From: Candidatus Zhuqueibacterota bacterium
GTDB taxonomy: Bacteria > Zhuqueibacterota > Zhuqueibacteria > Thermofontimicrobiales > Thermofontimicrobiaceae
Assembly: GCA_049322915.1 (NCBI GenBank)
Contig: JBMOPW010000007.1
Span: 212,246 to 276,245, forward strand
Direction of reading: 5' to 3'
Length of the DNA: 64,000 nucleotides
Positions 55,661-64,000 of this stretch are shown in pieces. The notes beneath the pieces were generated by a model. It was given only the letters and a program-made list of their open reading frames with translations. It was not told the DNA's origin and made no database searches. The position numbers were made by a program, and so were the translations under genes. Numbering within the stretch: position 1 is the first letter of the stretch; each line of letters opens with the position of its first letter.

Positions 55661-57913
55661 ATGAAAATATTGAGGAAAAATGAGATGTTTAACACAAGGA
55701 CGCAACTGGCCCCGGTCGACCCTGAATTGCGCGTCGAATTGAAAACGCGGGCCGACCTCGATCTGGGGCGACGCTCTGTGTATAGCCCGCTCGTTCATCT
55801 TTTGCTCTACGGCATTATTTTGACTACAACGAGCTACCTCTATGATCATAAAGCTGTCATCCTGGGACATGGCGTTTTCATTTTAATTTTTGCCGGCGTG
55901 CGATTTGTGCTGGCAGTATACCGCGAACAGCTCTATCTCAGGAATCCGCAGGTTTGGAAGCGATTATTCTTCATTGGAACCATCGGACTGGCGGCGACCT
56001 GGGGCGGATTTACCGGCCATACAGTTGCAGTCTACGGACTAACCTGGACGTCGCTGCTGGTGCTGTTGGCAACGAGTGGTATTAGTTCCGCGGTAGTGAC
56101 ATCCCTTTCACCGACGCTCAAGCTCCTTCAGGTGTTTTTAGCGTTGATCATTTCACCGACGCTTGTATTCTGTATTTTCAATGGAGGTCAGGAGGAACTC
56201 GGGCTGGCGTTTTTTGCATTGTTTTTCTTGTTGTTCCTGTTAGAGCAGGGAAAGATTCAGCATCACGAATACTGGAACGCGCTTCGAGACAATGCCATGT
56301 TGCGGCTGAAGACCAAAGAATTGGAGAAAGAGAAACAAGTCAGCGAAGCAGCCAATCGGGCGAAGAGTGAATTTCTGGCCAATATGAGCCATGAAATCCG
56401 AACTCCCATGAATGGGGTGATAGGTCTGACGGATTTGCTGCTGGAGACGCGGCTGACCGGTCAGCAGGAGCAGTATTTGAGAATGGTGAAAGCGAGCGCA
56501 GACCAACTGCTGACCATTTTGAATGACATTCTCGATTTTTCGAAAATCGAGGCCGGCAAACTGACGCTGGAATCGATTGAATTTGACCTGCGCCAGGTAC
56601 TTGAAAATGTGATGGATATATTCGTTCCCAAAATCGAGGAGAAAGGGCTGGAGCTCAATCTGCTCATCAATAACGATGTGCCGACTGTGCTTGCAGGCGA
56701 TCCGGTTCGACTGACCCAGGTGATCATCAACCTCGTGGGCAATGCGGTGAAGTTTACTGAAAAGGGTGAAATTACAATAAAAGTGGAAATGGAGCATTGC
56801 AAAGATAGCGGCGTGGAATTGTGTTTCGCTGTCTCGGATACAGGGATCGGCATTCCCATCGCGAGGCAGCAGGTTATTTTCGAGAGCTTCACGCAGGCCG
56901 ATTCCACAATGTCGCGACGATATGGCGGGACTGGTCTGGGACTGTCCATCAGTAAGCATCTGGTTAAATTGATGAAGGGCGATATCTGGCTGGACAGCAC
57001 CGTGGGGAAAGGCAGTCAGTTCTATTTCACTGCCAAATTTCAGTACATGAAAACAGACTTGAAATTGGTGAAGGAGTTGCCGGATGATTTGAAAGGGCTG
57101 CATGTGCTGGTGGTGGATGATAACCAGACCAATCGAATCATCCTGCAGGAAATGCTGAAATCATTTGATCTCATTCCGATCCCTGTGGAGGACGGGAATG
57201 ACGCCCTGGACAAATTGACTACACATCAGGCCTTCAAGTTGATCATCACTGATTATCAGATGCCGGGGATGAACGGCGTGGAACTCATTGATCGCATTCG
57301 GCAGATGGAGAATCACGCTCAAACGCCGATTATCCTTCTGAGCTCGGTCAGCGACAATGATGAGGTCAATTCCATCAAGGCTGTAAATAATGTCTCTTCG
57401 CTCGTGAAACCGGTGAAAAAGCGACAGCTTTTCAGAAAGATACTCGTCGCTGTTTCGGAAAAAAACCACAAAGCCAGGCAACCAGCGTCCCGGTTGGAGG
57501 CGACTCATTCGGAAAAGAGGATTCAGGAATTGTCCGCGTTGAGAGGTACAAAAAGTCTGCTGCTGGCAGAAGATAATTACATCAACCAAAGGGTCGCTCT
57601 CGCCTTGTTAGCGAAGACCAGCATCCCGGTGGATGTTGTCCCGGACGGGGAACTTGCGCTGATTTCGCTCAGGCAAAAGAAATATGACCTGGTGTTGATG
57701 GATGTACAGATGCCGAAAATGGATGGCCTGAAGGCGACGGAGAAAATCAGGAATGACCTGAATTTGAAATCGCTGCCCATCATTGCCATGACGGCCAACG
57801 CTATGAAGGGGGACAAGGAAAAGTACCTGGCCTCCGGGATGGATGATTATATTTCCAAACCGATTGATCCTGAAAAATTATACGATCTGCTCCACAAATG
57901 GCTGGTCAATTGA
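55661..57913 (+). CDS. Hybrid histidine kinase 2 with polytopic membrane input (about 6 TM)-HisKA-HATPase-REC-REC
   Basis: Several hydrophobic segments in the first ~200 aa; [16 protein letters not shown] and MDVQMP; start may be ATG 55685. Confidence 0.92.
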   Translation: MKILRKNEMFNTRTQLAPVDPELRVELKTRADLDLGRRSVYSPLVHLLLYGIILTTTSYLYDHKAVILGHGVFILIFAGVRFVLAVYREQLYLRNPQVWKRLFFIGTIGLAATWGGFTGHTVAVYGLTWTSLLVLLATSGISSAVVTSLSPTLKLLQVFLALIISPTLVFCIFNGGQEELGLAFFALFFLLFLLEQGKIQHHEYWNALRDNAMLRLKTKELEKEKQVSEAANRAKSEFLANMSHEIRTPMNGVIGLTDLLLETRLTGQQEQYLRMVKASADQLLTILNDILDFSKIEAGKLTLESIEFDLRQVLENVMDIFVPKIEEKGLELNLLINNDVPTVLAGDPVRLTQVIINLVGNAVKFTEKGEITIKVEMEHCKDSGVELCFAVSDTGIGIPIARQQVIFESFTQADSTMSRRYGGTGLGLSISKHLVKLMKGDIWLDSTVGKGSQFYFTAKFQYMKTDLKLVKELPDDLKGLHVLVVDDNQTNRIILQEMLKSFDLIPIPVEDGNDALDKLTTHQAFKLIITDYQMPGMNGVELIDRIRQMENHAQTPIILLSSVSDNDEVNSIKAVNNVSSLVKPVKKRQLFRKILVAVSEKNHKARQPASRLEATHSEKRIQELSALRGTKSLLLAEDNYINQRVALALLAKTSIPVDVVPDGELALISLRQKKYDLVLMDVQMPKMDGLKATEKIRNDLNLKSLPIIAMTANAMKGDKEKYLASGMDDYISKPIDPEKLYDLLHKWLVN

Positions 57914-58114
57914 GAGGGGGACGCAACAGCGCGAAATGAGGGGTGAATTCTTTCCTCCGCCAGATGATTTCTGGCGCAACAGGATGTAATTGTAGGGTTA
58001 ATCAACCAATGAAATCGTTAACCGAATGATCCAGTCATGGAGAATAGAGACGGGTCCCCGGGAATGTTCGCATGTGCTTTTCAAATAGAATAAGCAGGGG
58101 TATCGAGGTAAAAC

Positions 58115-61100
58115 ATGTCAGATAAAACAGAAGTCGCAGTCGCAAAATTGGACGCAGGAAGTCTCGCCTTGTTTGACGGCTCTCCCACTGCATCGGTACT
58201 TTTTCGGATTATTGAAGCAGAAAATCAGAAATTGGATTTTGAGTGTCTGGACGCCAATACTGCGTTCATCCGGATGATTGGCAGGGATAAGGCGCAGATC
58301 ATTGGGCGAAAACCGGACGAGCTGTTTATAGAGAGCGCGAGGGAAAATTTGTCCCTCAATTTCGGACAGGCAAAGCGCACGGCCGCGCCGGTCAATTTTG
58401 AACAATACTGTCCCCCGGTGAAAACCTGGTTCGAGATAACAGCCAGCATGGTAGATGAAACGATGCTGTTGGCTCTGTTCGTGGATATCACCCGTCGAAA
58501 GCAGGTCGAGATGAAAGAACAGCATCTGAAAACAATTCTGAAATCCATTCGCGCGGTCAATCTGCTGGTCAATCGGGAGACAGACAGGGTGAAACTCCTG
58601 ACCGCAATTTGCGAGACGCTTGTGGCATCGCGGGGATATTCCAGCGCATGGATCGTTCTGATTCGGAACGGACAGGATTTTGTGTCTCTGTGCCAGGCCG
58701 GTCTAGGCGCAATGGCGGCAGGGCTCGAAAAGCGTTTCACTCAGCGGAATTTTCCGGAATGCACGCGGCGGGTTCTGGAGAAATCGGGGGTTCTTCGTAT
58801 TCAAGATACGCGCGATGCCTGCGGGGACTGCCCATTAATTGAAATGTATGAAAATCGCGGCGCGATGGTGGCGCGATTGGGGCACGAACAGGAAATCTTC
58901 GGTGTATTCTCTGTTTCTATTAAAGATGAACTGCTCAATGATCCCGAGGAAGTTGTGCTGTTCGAAGAAATTGCCCAGGACATCGGATATGCTTTGTACA
59001 ATTTACAGTTACGGGAGGGTCAAAAAGAAATTGAGCGATCCTTGGCAGAGAGCGAATTGAAATTCAGGATGATTACGACATCGGCCAAGGATGCGATCAT
59101 CATGATGGATAATGAAGGACGGATCACATACTGGAACGATGCGGCGCAGCGCGTTTTCGGCTATTCGCGGGAAAGTGTGCTGGGTAAAAATCTTCATGAG
59201 ACGATTGCGCCGGAGCGATTCCGTGCTGCCCATTCCACTATGTTCGAGATTTTCAAAACGACGGGCGCCGGCGGAGCTGTTGGAAAGACTGTAGAATTGT
59301 CCGCGCTGAGAGCCGATGGGGGTGAATTTCCCATCGAACTTTCACTATCCTCGGTTCAGATTCAGGGACAGTGGTGCGCCATTGGAATACTGAGGGATAT
59401 AACCGACAGAAAGAGGACGGAGCAGGAAATTATTCAGGAAAAAGAACGCGCTCAGCAGCTTTATCGGGTTGTGCCCGACGCTATTTTCACCGTTGATACC
59501 AATAAAATCATCACCAGCGTCAACGATAAAACGACGCAAATTCTCGGCTATGATAAATCTGAATTGATCGGCCAGCCGTGCACATTGTTCGCCATAAAGC
59601 CGTGCAATACCAAATGTGGTTTATTTGCCGATGACGTCGTCAAACCCAAGTTCAACAATGAGTGCGTCATTTTAACCCGAGATGGTCGCGAACGGATCGT
59701 CTCCAAGAATATCGATTATCTCAAGGACATGAATGGGGCGATAATCGGCGGTGTTGAAAGCTTCGAGGATATTACGGAACGCAAACAGCAGGAGGCGCTG
59801 ATCCGAATGCAGCGCGATCTGGCAGTGGGATTGAATTCAATCGATTGCATGAACGATGCTTTGAATGGACTCCTCCGCCACATCACCACGATTGAAGGAA
59901 TCGACGGCGCCGGTGTGTACATATTTAATAAGTCCTCCAATGAGTTTCGCATGGTTGCATCGAAAAATCTGCCTGCTGAATTATTGAAACGTACCGCCGT
60001 ACTGGATGCCCGGTCAACGCAGTACCAGATGATCATGAAACGCGAATCGTTGTATTTGTCCTATAACCGGGACCATCCGGCAATCGATGTGACGACGGAT
60101 AAATCCCGTTTGTCAATGGGGATCAAGAGCGGGGGGGTGCTTCCAATCATTTCCAATGATGAAGTGATTGCCGCGTTGAATGTGGCGTCGTACGAGATGA
60201 GCGAAATACCCGTGCATATTCGATCCACGATTGAAACCATTTCGGTGTATTTCGGGAGCGTTATCACCCGGATTCAGGCGATCAGCGATCTGAGGACCAG
60301 CCAGCAGGACTACAAACTGCTGATCGAAAATCTGCGCGATGTTGTGATTCGGGTGTCCGCGACAGGGATTCTGCAATATTGCAGTCCGGCAGTCAGAGAA
60401 TTCGGCGGCTACGATGCCGATGAGGAGATCGGCAGTCATGTTTCCAAATACTTTGCTAAAAAGAGCGAATTGCTGAAAGCATTGAAGCTGCTGAAAAAAA
60501 CATTTGTAGACAAGCAACCGGCATCGATGGAATTCTTCTACAAAACAAAAGATCAGATTGTTTTCCCAGTCGAAATCACGGGGCGGCCGTTACTTAAGGA
60601 CGGCAAGGTGCTGACGCTGCAATGCGTGATGCGGGATATTTCAGCCAGGAAAAAAGCGGAGAAGGAGATACAGAAATTCAAAACCATCATCGATGAGGCG
60701 AATTACGGCGCCCTCATCACGGATATGGATGGGAATATGATCTACGTGAATGAGGCCTTCGCTCAGATGCATGGTTACAAGACCGATGAAATTTTAACCA
60801 GGAACGAAGAAATTTTCCATTCGCCGGAACAGCTCGCCGGGCTCTCGGAACCGTACATCGGATTGATTCAAACAGGGAATTTGAAGGCCAAAGAGATGTG
60901 GCGCTTGCGCAAGGACGGCACAGTGTTTCCGACATTGACCAATTCCTCGGTCATCAGGGACGAACATGATCGACCGATGTTCATTTCATCCACTCTGATT
61001 GATATCACCAGCCGAAAGCAGTACGAAGAGGAATTGCGACAGGCGAAAATCGCGGCTGAATCGGCCAACATGGCCAAGTCCAAATTCCTGGCCAATATGA

Positions 61101-62632
61101 GCCACGAAATTCGGACGCCCATGAATGGCGTGCTGGGCATGGCGGATTTGATGATGGACACGGAGATCACGCCGCAGCAGCGACAATACATGAAAATCCT
61201 GAAGAACAGCGCAGTCCAACTGTTGCAATTATTGAATGATATTCTTGACTTTTCGAAAATCGAAGCTGGCCAGTTGAATCTGGAATCGATTGAATTCAAC
61301 CTGCATTCGGTTGTGGAGGGCATTTCGGACATCGTCATCCAGCAGGTGGAGCGGAAAAAGCTGGAATTGAATCTGCTGGTTGACGCCCAGGTTCCCAGAT
61401 TCGTCATAGGCGATCCTATGCGGTTGCGCCAGATTTTAGTGAACCTGATCAGCAATGCCATCAAGTTCACAGAACAGGGCGAGATATTCATCAAGGTCGA
61501 ATTGAAGGAACGGATCGGAAATGAGTTGTTCCTCTATTTTTCCGTGAAGGATACCGGCCTCGGGATCGCCAAAGACAGGCAGAAAGAAATATTTGAAAGC
61601 TTCACTCAGGCCGATAGTTCGACCACGAGGAAATTCGGAGGCACCGGTCTGGGGCTGAGCATTTCCCGCCAGTTGGTGGAAATGATGAAAGGCCAAATCT
61701 GGGTGGAGAGCGCGCCGGGCAATGGCAGCAATTTTCAGTTCACAATTTGGCTGACCATCAGCGACCGTGCGAAAGAGAACAGGGTCAGCGCGCCGGCAGA
61801 AATTGCCGGCCGGAAGGTTCTGGCTGTGGACGACAACGGCACCAATCGGCTGATTCTGCGCGAGTCATTAAAATCGTTCCGCTGCAATGCCATCGTTGTC
61901 GAAAGCGCTAAAAAGGCGCTGGAGATTCTGCGCAGTGAGGACGGCATCGAATTGGTGATCACCGATTTTCAGATGCCTGAAATGGATGGAGCGACGCTGA
62001 TCAAAACCATTCGCAACTCAGAGAATTTAAAAATGATACCCATCATTCTCCTGTCTTCGGTCGAAGGGAACAGACGTATCCGCGAGGCGGCGCTCCTGTC
62101 AGGCGTCTGGACGCTGACCAAGCCCATTAAGCAGAGCCAACTGCTGCATGTGATTCTCACGGCGTTTGGATCCATGTCTCAGGAGAAGTCCCCTGAATTC
62201 TCAGGCCGGTTCGGGGAGAACGGGAGGATGAATGAAATTGAAAAGTTGATATCCCTCAACGGGACCGCGCAGATTTTGTTGACTGAAGATAACGCCATCA
62301 ATCAGAAAGTCGCGCTGGCCCTGCTGAAAAAGGCGAAGCTCACAGCCGATTTGGCTGAAGATGGGCAGCAGGCGTTGGAGGCATTGAAGAAGAAACACTA
62401 CGACCTGATCCTGATGGACGTACAGATGCCGAACATGGACGGTCTCTCCGCGAGCAAAATAATTCGGGATGAGTTGCATCTGCACGACGTACCCATTATC
62501 GCCATGACCGCGCATGCCATGAAAGGCGACAAGGAAAGATGTCTCGATGCCGGCATGAACGATTATATTTCAAAACCGATTGAACCGGAAGAGTTGTATA
62601 AAACATTGAATACCTGGCTTCAAAAAAAGTAG
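58115..62632 (+). CDS. Hybrid histidine kinase 3, cytoplasmic multi-PAS/GAF input-HisKA-HATPase-REC-REC
   Basis: About five PAS/PAC units ending in DIT/DIS, two GAF-like segments, [16 protein letters not shown] and MDVQMP. Confidence 0.93.
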   Translation: MSDKTEVAVAKLDAGSLALFDGSPTASVLFRIIEAENQKLDFECLDANTAFIRMIGRDKAQIIGRKPDELFIESARENLSLNFGQAKRTAAPVNFEQYCPPVKTWFEITASMVDETMLLALFVDITRRKQVEMKEQHLKTILKSIRAVNLLVNRETDRVKLLTAICETLVASRGYSSAWIVLIRNGQDFVSLCQAGLGAMAAGLEKRFTQRNFPECTRRVLEKSGVLRIQDTRDACGDCPLIEMYENRGAMVARLGHEQEIFGVFSVSIKDELLNDPEEVVLFEEIAQDIGYALYNLQLREGQKEIERSLAESELKFRMITTSAKDAIIMMDNEGRITYWNDAAQRVFGYSRESVLGKNLHETIAPERFRAAHSTMFEIFKTTGAGGAVGKTVELSALRADGGEFPIELSLSSVQIQGQWCAIGILRDITDRKRTEQEIIQEKERAQQLYRVVPDAIFTVDTNKIITSVNDKTTQILGYDKSELIGQPCTLFAIKPCNTKCGLFADDVVKPKFNNECVILTRDGRERIVSKNIDYLKDMNGAIIGGVESFEDITERKQQEALIRMQRDLAVGLNSIDCMNDALNGLLRHITTIEGIDGAGVYIFNKSSNEFRMVASKNLPAELLKRTAVLDARSTQYQMIMKRESLYLSYNRDHPAIDVTTDKSRLSMGIKSGGVLPIISNDEVIAALNVASYEMSEIPVHIRSTIETISVYFGSVITRIQAISDLRTSQQDYKLLIENLRDVVIRVSATGILQYCSPAVREFGGYDADEEIGSHVSKYFAKKSELLKALKLLKKTFVDKQPASMEFFYKTKDQIVFPVEITGRPLLKDGKVLTLQCVMRDISARKKAEKEIQKFKTIIDEANYGALITDMDGNMIYVNEAFAQMHGYKTDEILTRNEEIFHSPEQLAGLSEPYIGLIQTGNLKAKEMWRLRKDGTVFPTLTNSSVIRDEHDRPMFISSTLIDITSRKQYEEELRQAKIAAESANMAKSKFLANMSHEIRTPMNGVLGMADLMMDTEITPQQRQYMKILKNSAVQLLQLLNDILDFSKIEAGQLNLESIEFNLHSVVEGISDIVIQQVERKKLELNLLVDAQVPRFVIGDPMRLRQILVNLISNAIKFTEQGEIFIKVELKERIGNELFLYFSVKDTGLGIAKDRQKEIFESFTQADSSTTRKFGGTGLGLSISRQLVEMMKGQIWVESAPGNGSNFQFTIWLTISDRAKENRVSAPAEIAGRKVLAVDDNGTNRLILRESLKSFRCNAIVVESAKKALEILRSEDGIELVITDFQMPEMDGATLIKTIRNSENLKMIPIILLSSVEGNRRIREAALLSGVWTLTKPIKQSQLLHVILTAFGSMSQEKSPEFSGRFGENGRMNEIEKLISLNGTAQILLTEDNAINQKVALALLKKAKLTADLAEDGQQALEALKKKHYDLILMDVQMPNMDGLSASKIIRDELHLHDVPIIAMTAHAMKGDKERCLDAGMNDYISKPIEPEELYKTLNTWLQKK

Positions 62633-62655
62633 CTGCAATCTGCCGAGGTCATGCT

Positions 62656-64000
62656 ATGAAACATTGGAAAATCTACCTGATGCTGCTCATCAGTTGCATC
62701 CTGAATCCATGGGGGGCTGCTCTGGCTCAGGAGTTGTCTTTCGAACTGTATAATGTGAACGACGGATTGGCCAATTCTGAGGTCACGGCAATTTTTCAGG
62801 ATGCCAAAGGCTATCTCTGGTTCGGGACCAACGGCGGGATAAGCTGTTTTGATGGTGTGTCGTTTAAAACCCTGTCCATTCGGGATGGCCTGGTTTACAA
62901 CGCCGTCCTGGATATTACGGAGGATAACCAGGGAAATCTCTGGATCGCCACCCGGGATGGCATCAGCAAGCTGACCTACGCCAATGACGAGCGCTTCTCA
63001 TTTCAGAATTTCACCCGGGCCGATGGCTTTCCCGAATCGACCTTTATCAATGAAATTCTGATTGACAAACGTGGCCATATTTTTTGTACGGCCGGAAACC
63101 TGTTGGCCTATTTCGCAGATGATAATTTTCACATCCTGGATGAACTGCCCGCGCTTCAACATGCCGTGGTCATCAGCCTGTTCATCGACAAAGATAACTA
63201 TCTCTGGGTTGGTACAAAAACGGGTGTGCTGCAAATGGAAATTCTGGAAGAGCCTCTCCGGGCGCGGGTGATTCGGGAATTCACGGAAGAAAATCTGCCG
63301 GTTGGGGAGGGCATCCTCGCCATTACGCAGGATTCGGCCGGCCATTTCTGGTTCAGCGTCCGGGGTGTTGGCGTTACGAAATACGATGGCGCTTCGTTCC
63401 AAACGTTCACTGGCAGAGACGGTCTCGGCAGCAATCGCGTGTCCGGATTTGTCGCGGATAAAAAGAATCGCGTGTGGATGAAGTCGCTCGAAGGAGTTAT
63501 TTTATTCGATGGCGAACGATTCACCAACTACCGCAAAGAGAATGGATTGCCGCACAATTTTTTGACAGCCATTTTTCTGGATCGGGAGCAAAATCTATGG
63601 ATCGGGACCTACGGCAAAGGCGCCGCCAGGCTCAAGTCCGAGTATTTTATCAATTATTCAAAAATCAGCGGCATGAAGGAGACGTCCGTCTTTTCGATTC
63701 TGGAAACGGCCAATGGCGAAATCTGGGCCGGAACCAGCGGTGGTGGAATCTATGCCATCAGGAACGGTCAACTCACCTGTCCCGAAGCGCTCAAGCCCCT
63801 GGCTCACGAATACATCTACACCATGGTGGGTGATAAAAATGGCCAGGTCTGGATTGGGACGCGGAACAAAGGCATTTTCATCTGGACGGGGAAGCAATTG
63901 CAGAAAACGCCGCAACGGTGGAACCTGCCGGAATCAGGCATTTTTTCATTGTGCAAAGACGCCAGGGACCGGCTCTGGATCGGCACCGAAGGCAATGGGC
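62656..64000 (+). CDS. Exported beta-propeller (two-component regulator propeller) sensor, 3' truncated by window edge; absent from ORF track
   Basis: Manual translation MKHWKIYLMLLISCILNPWGAALAQE...DGLANSEVTAIFQDAKGYLWFGT; repeated D..G.LW(F/I)GT blades; no stop seen before the window end. Confidence 0.9.
   Translation, partial: MKHWKIYLMLLISCILNPWGAALAQELSFELYNVNDGLANSEVTAIFQDAKGYLWFGTNGGISCFDGVSFKTLSIRDGLVYNAVLDITEDNQGNLWIATRDGISKLTYANDERFSFQNFTRADGFPESTFINEILIDKRGHIFCTAGNLLAYFADDNFHILDELPALQHAVVISLFIDKDNYLWVGTKTGVLQMEILEEPLRARVIREFTEENLPVGEGILAITQDSAGHFWFSVRGVGVTKYDGASFQTFTGRDGLGSNRVSGFVADKKNRVWMKSLEGVILFDGERFTNYRKENGLPHNFLTAIFLDREQNLWIGTYGKGAARLKSEYFINYSKISGMKETSVFSILETANGEIWAGTSGGGIYAIRNGQLTCPEALKPLAHEYIYTMVGDKNGQVWIGTRNKGIFIWTGKQLQKTPQRWNLPESGIFSLCKDARDRLWIGTEGNG

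Noticed and set aside
56240..57103. Similar antisense ORFs (MAHIGQKF...) opposite all three kinases
   Set aside because: Reverse-complement shadows of the conserved HisKA/HATPase coding sequence, not a gene family.

Overview
A mostly core-genome bacterial window. From left to right: (1) the 3' end of glnS, then an etfB-etfA-membrane Fe-S/CCG oxidoreductase module whose spacers hold REP/REPIN-like palindromic elements; (2) a large TPR protein on the minus strand, divergent from a SPOR lipoprotein; (3) yebC-ruvCAB-queA-ispD-ispF-gltX-cysS; (4) an unbroken ~34 kb translation/transcription supercluster: tRNA-Thr/Tyr/Gly/Thr, tuf, rpmG, tRNA-Trp, secE, nusG, rplKAJL, rpoBC, str, S10, spc and alpha operons through rplQ, with two apparently identical tuf copies; (5) an accessory signalling locus with a stand-alone FIST (NosP-like) protein, three tandem HisKA-HATPase-REC-REC hybrid kinases with different inputs, and a beta-propeller sensor running off the right edge. 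An RpoC insert together with sigma70-type promoters and Shine-Dalgarno use suggests a non-Bacteroidota FCB-affiliated lineage (inference). The most interesting points are: a str-operon EF-G whose domain IV translocation motifs have degenerated; the FIST plus sensor-less kinase array; a ~176-nt closed stem-loop between tRNA-Gly and tRNA-Thr; nested palindromic elements around etfBA; an orphan GltD/AgmU-like TPR protein; and an N-terminally extended L7/L12. All calls come from reading the sequence; no searches were run.
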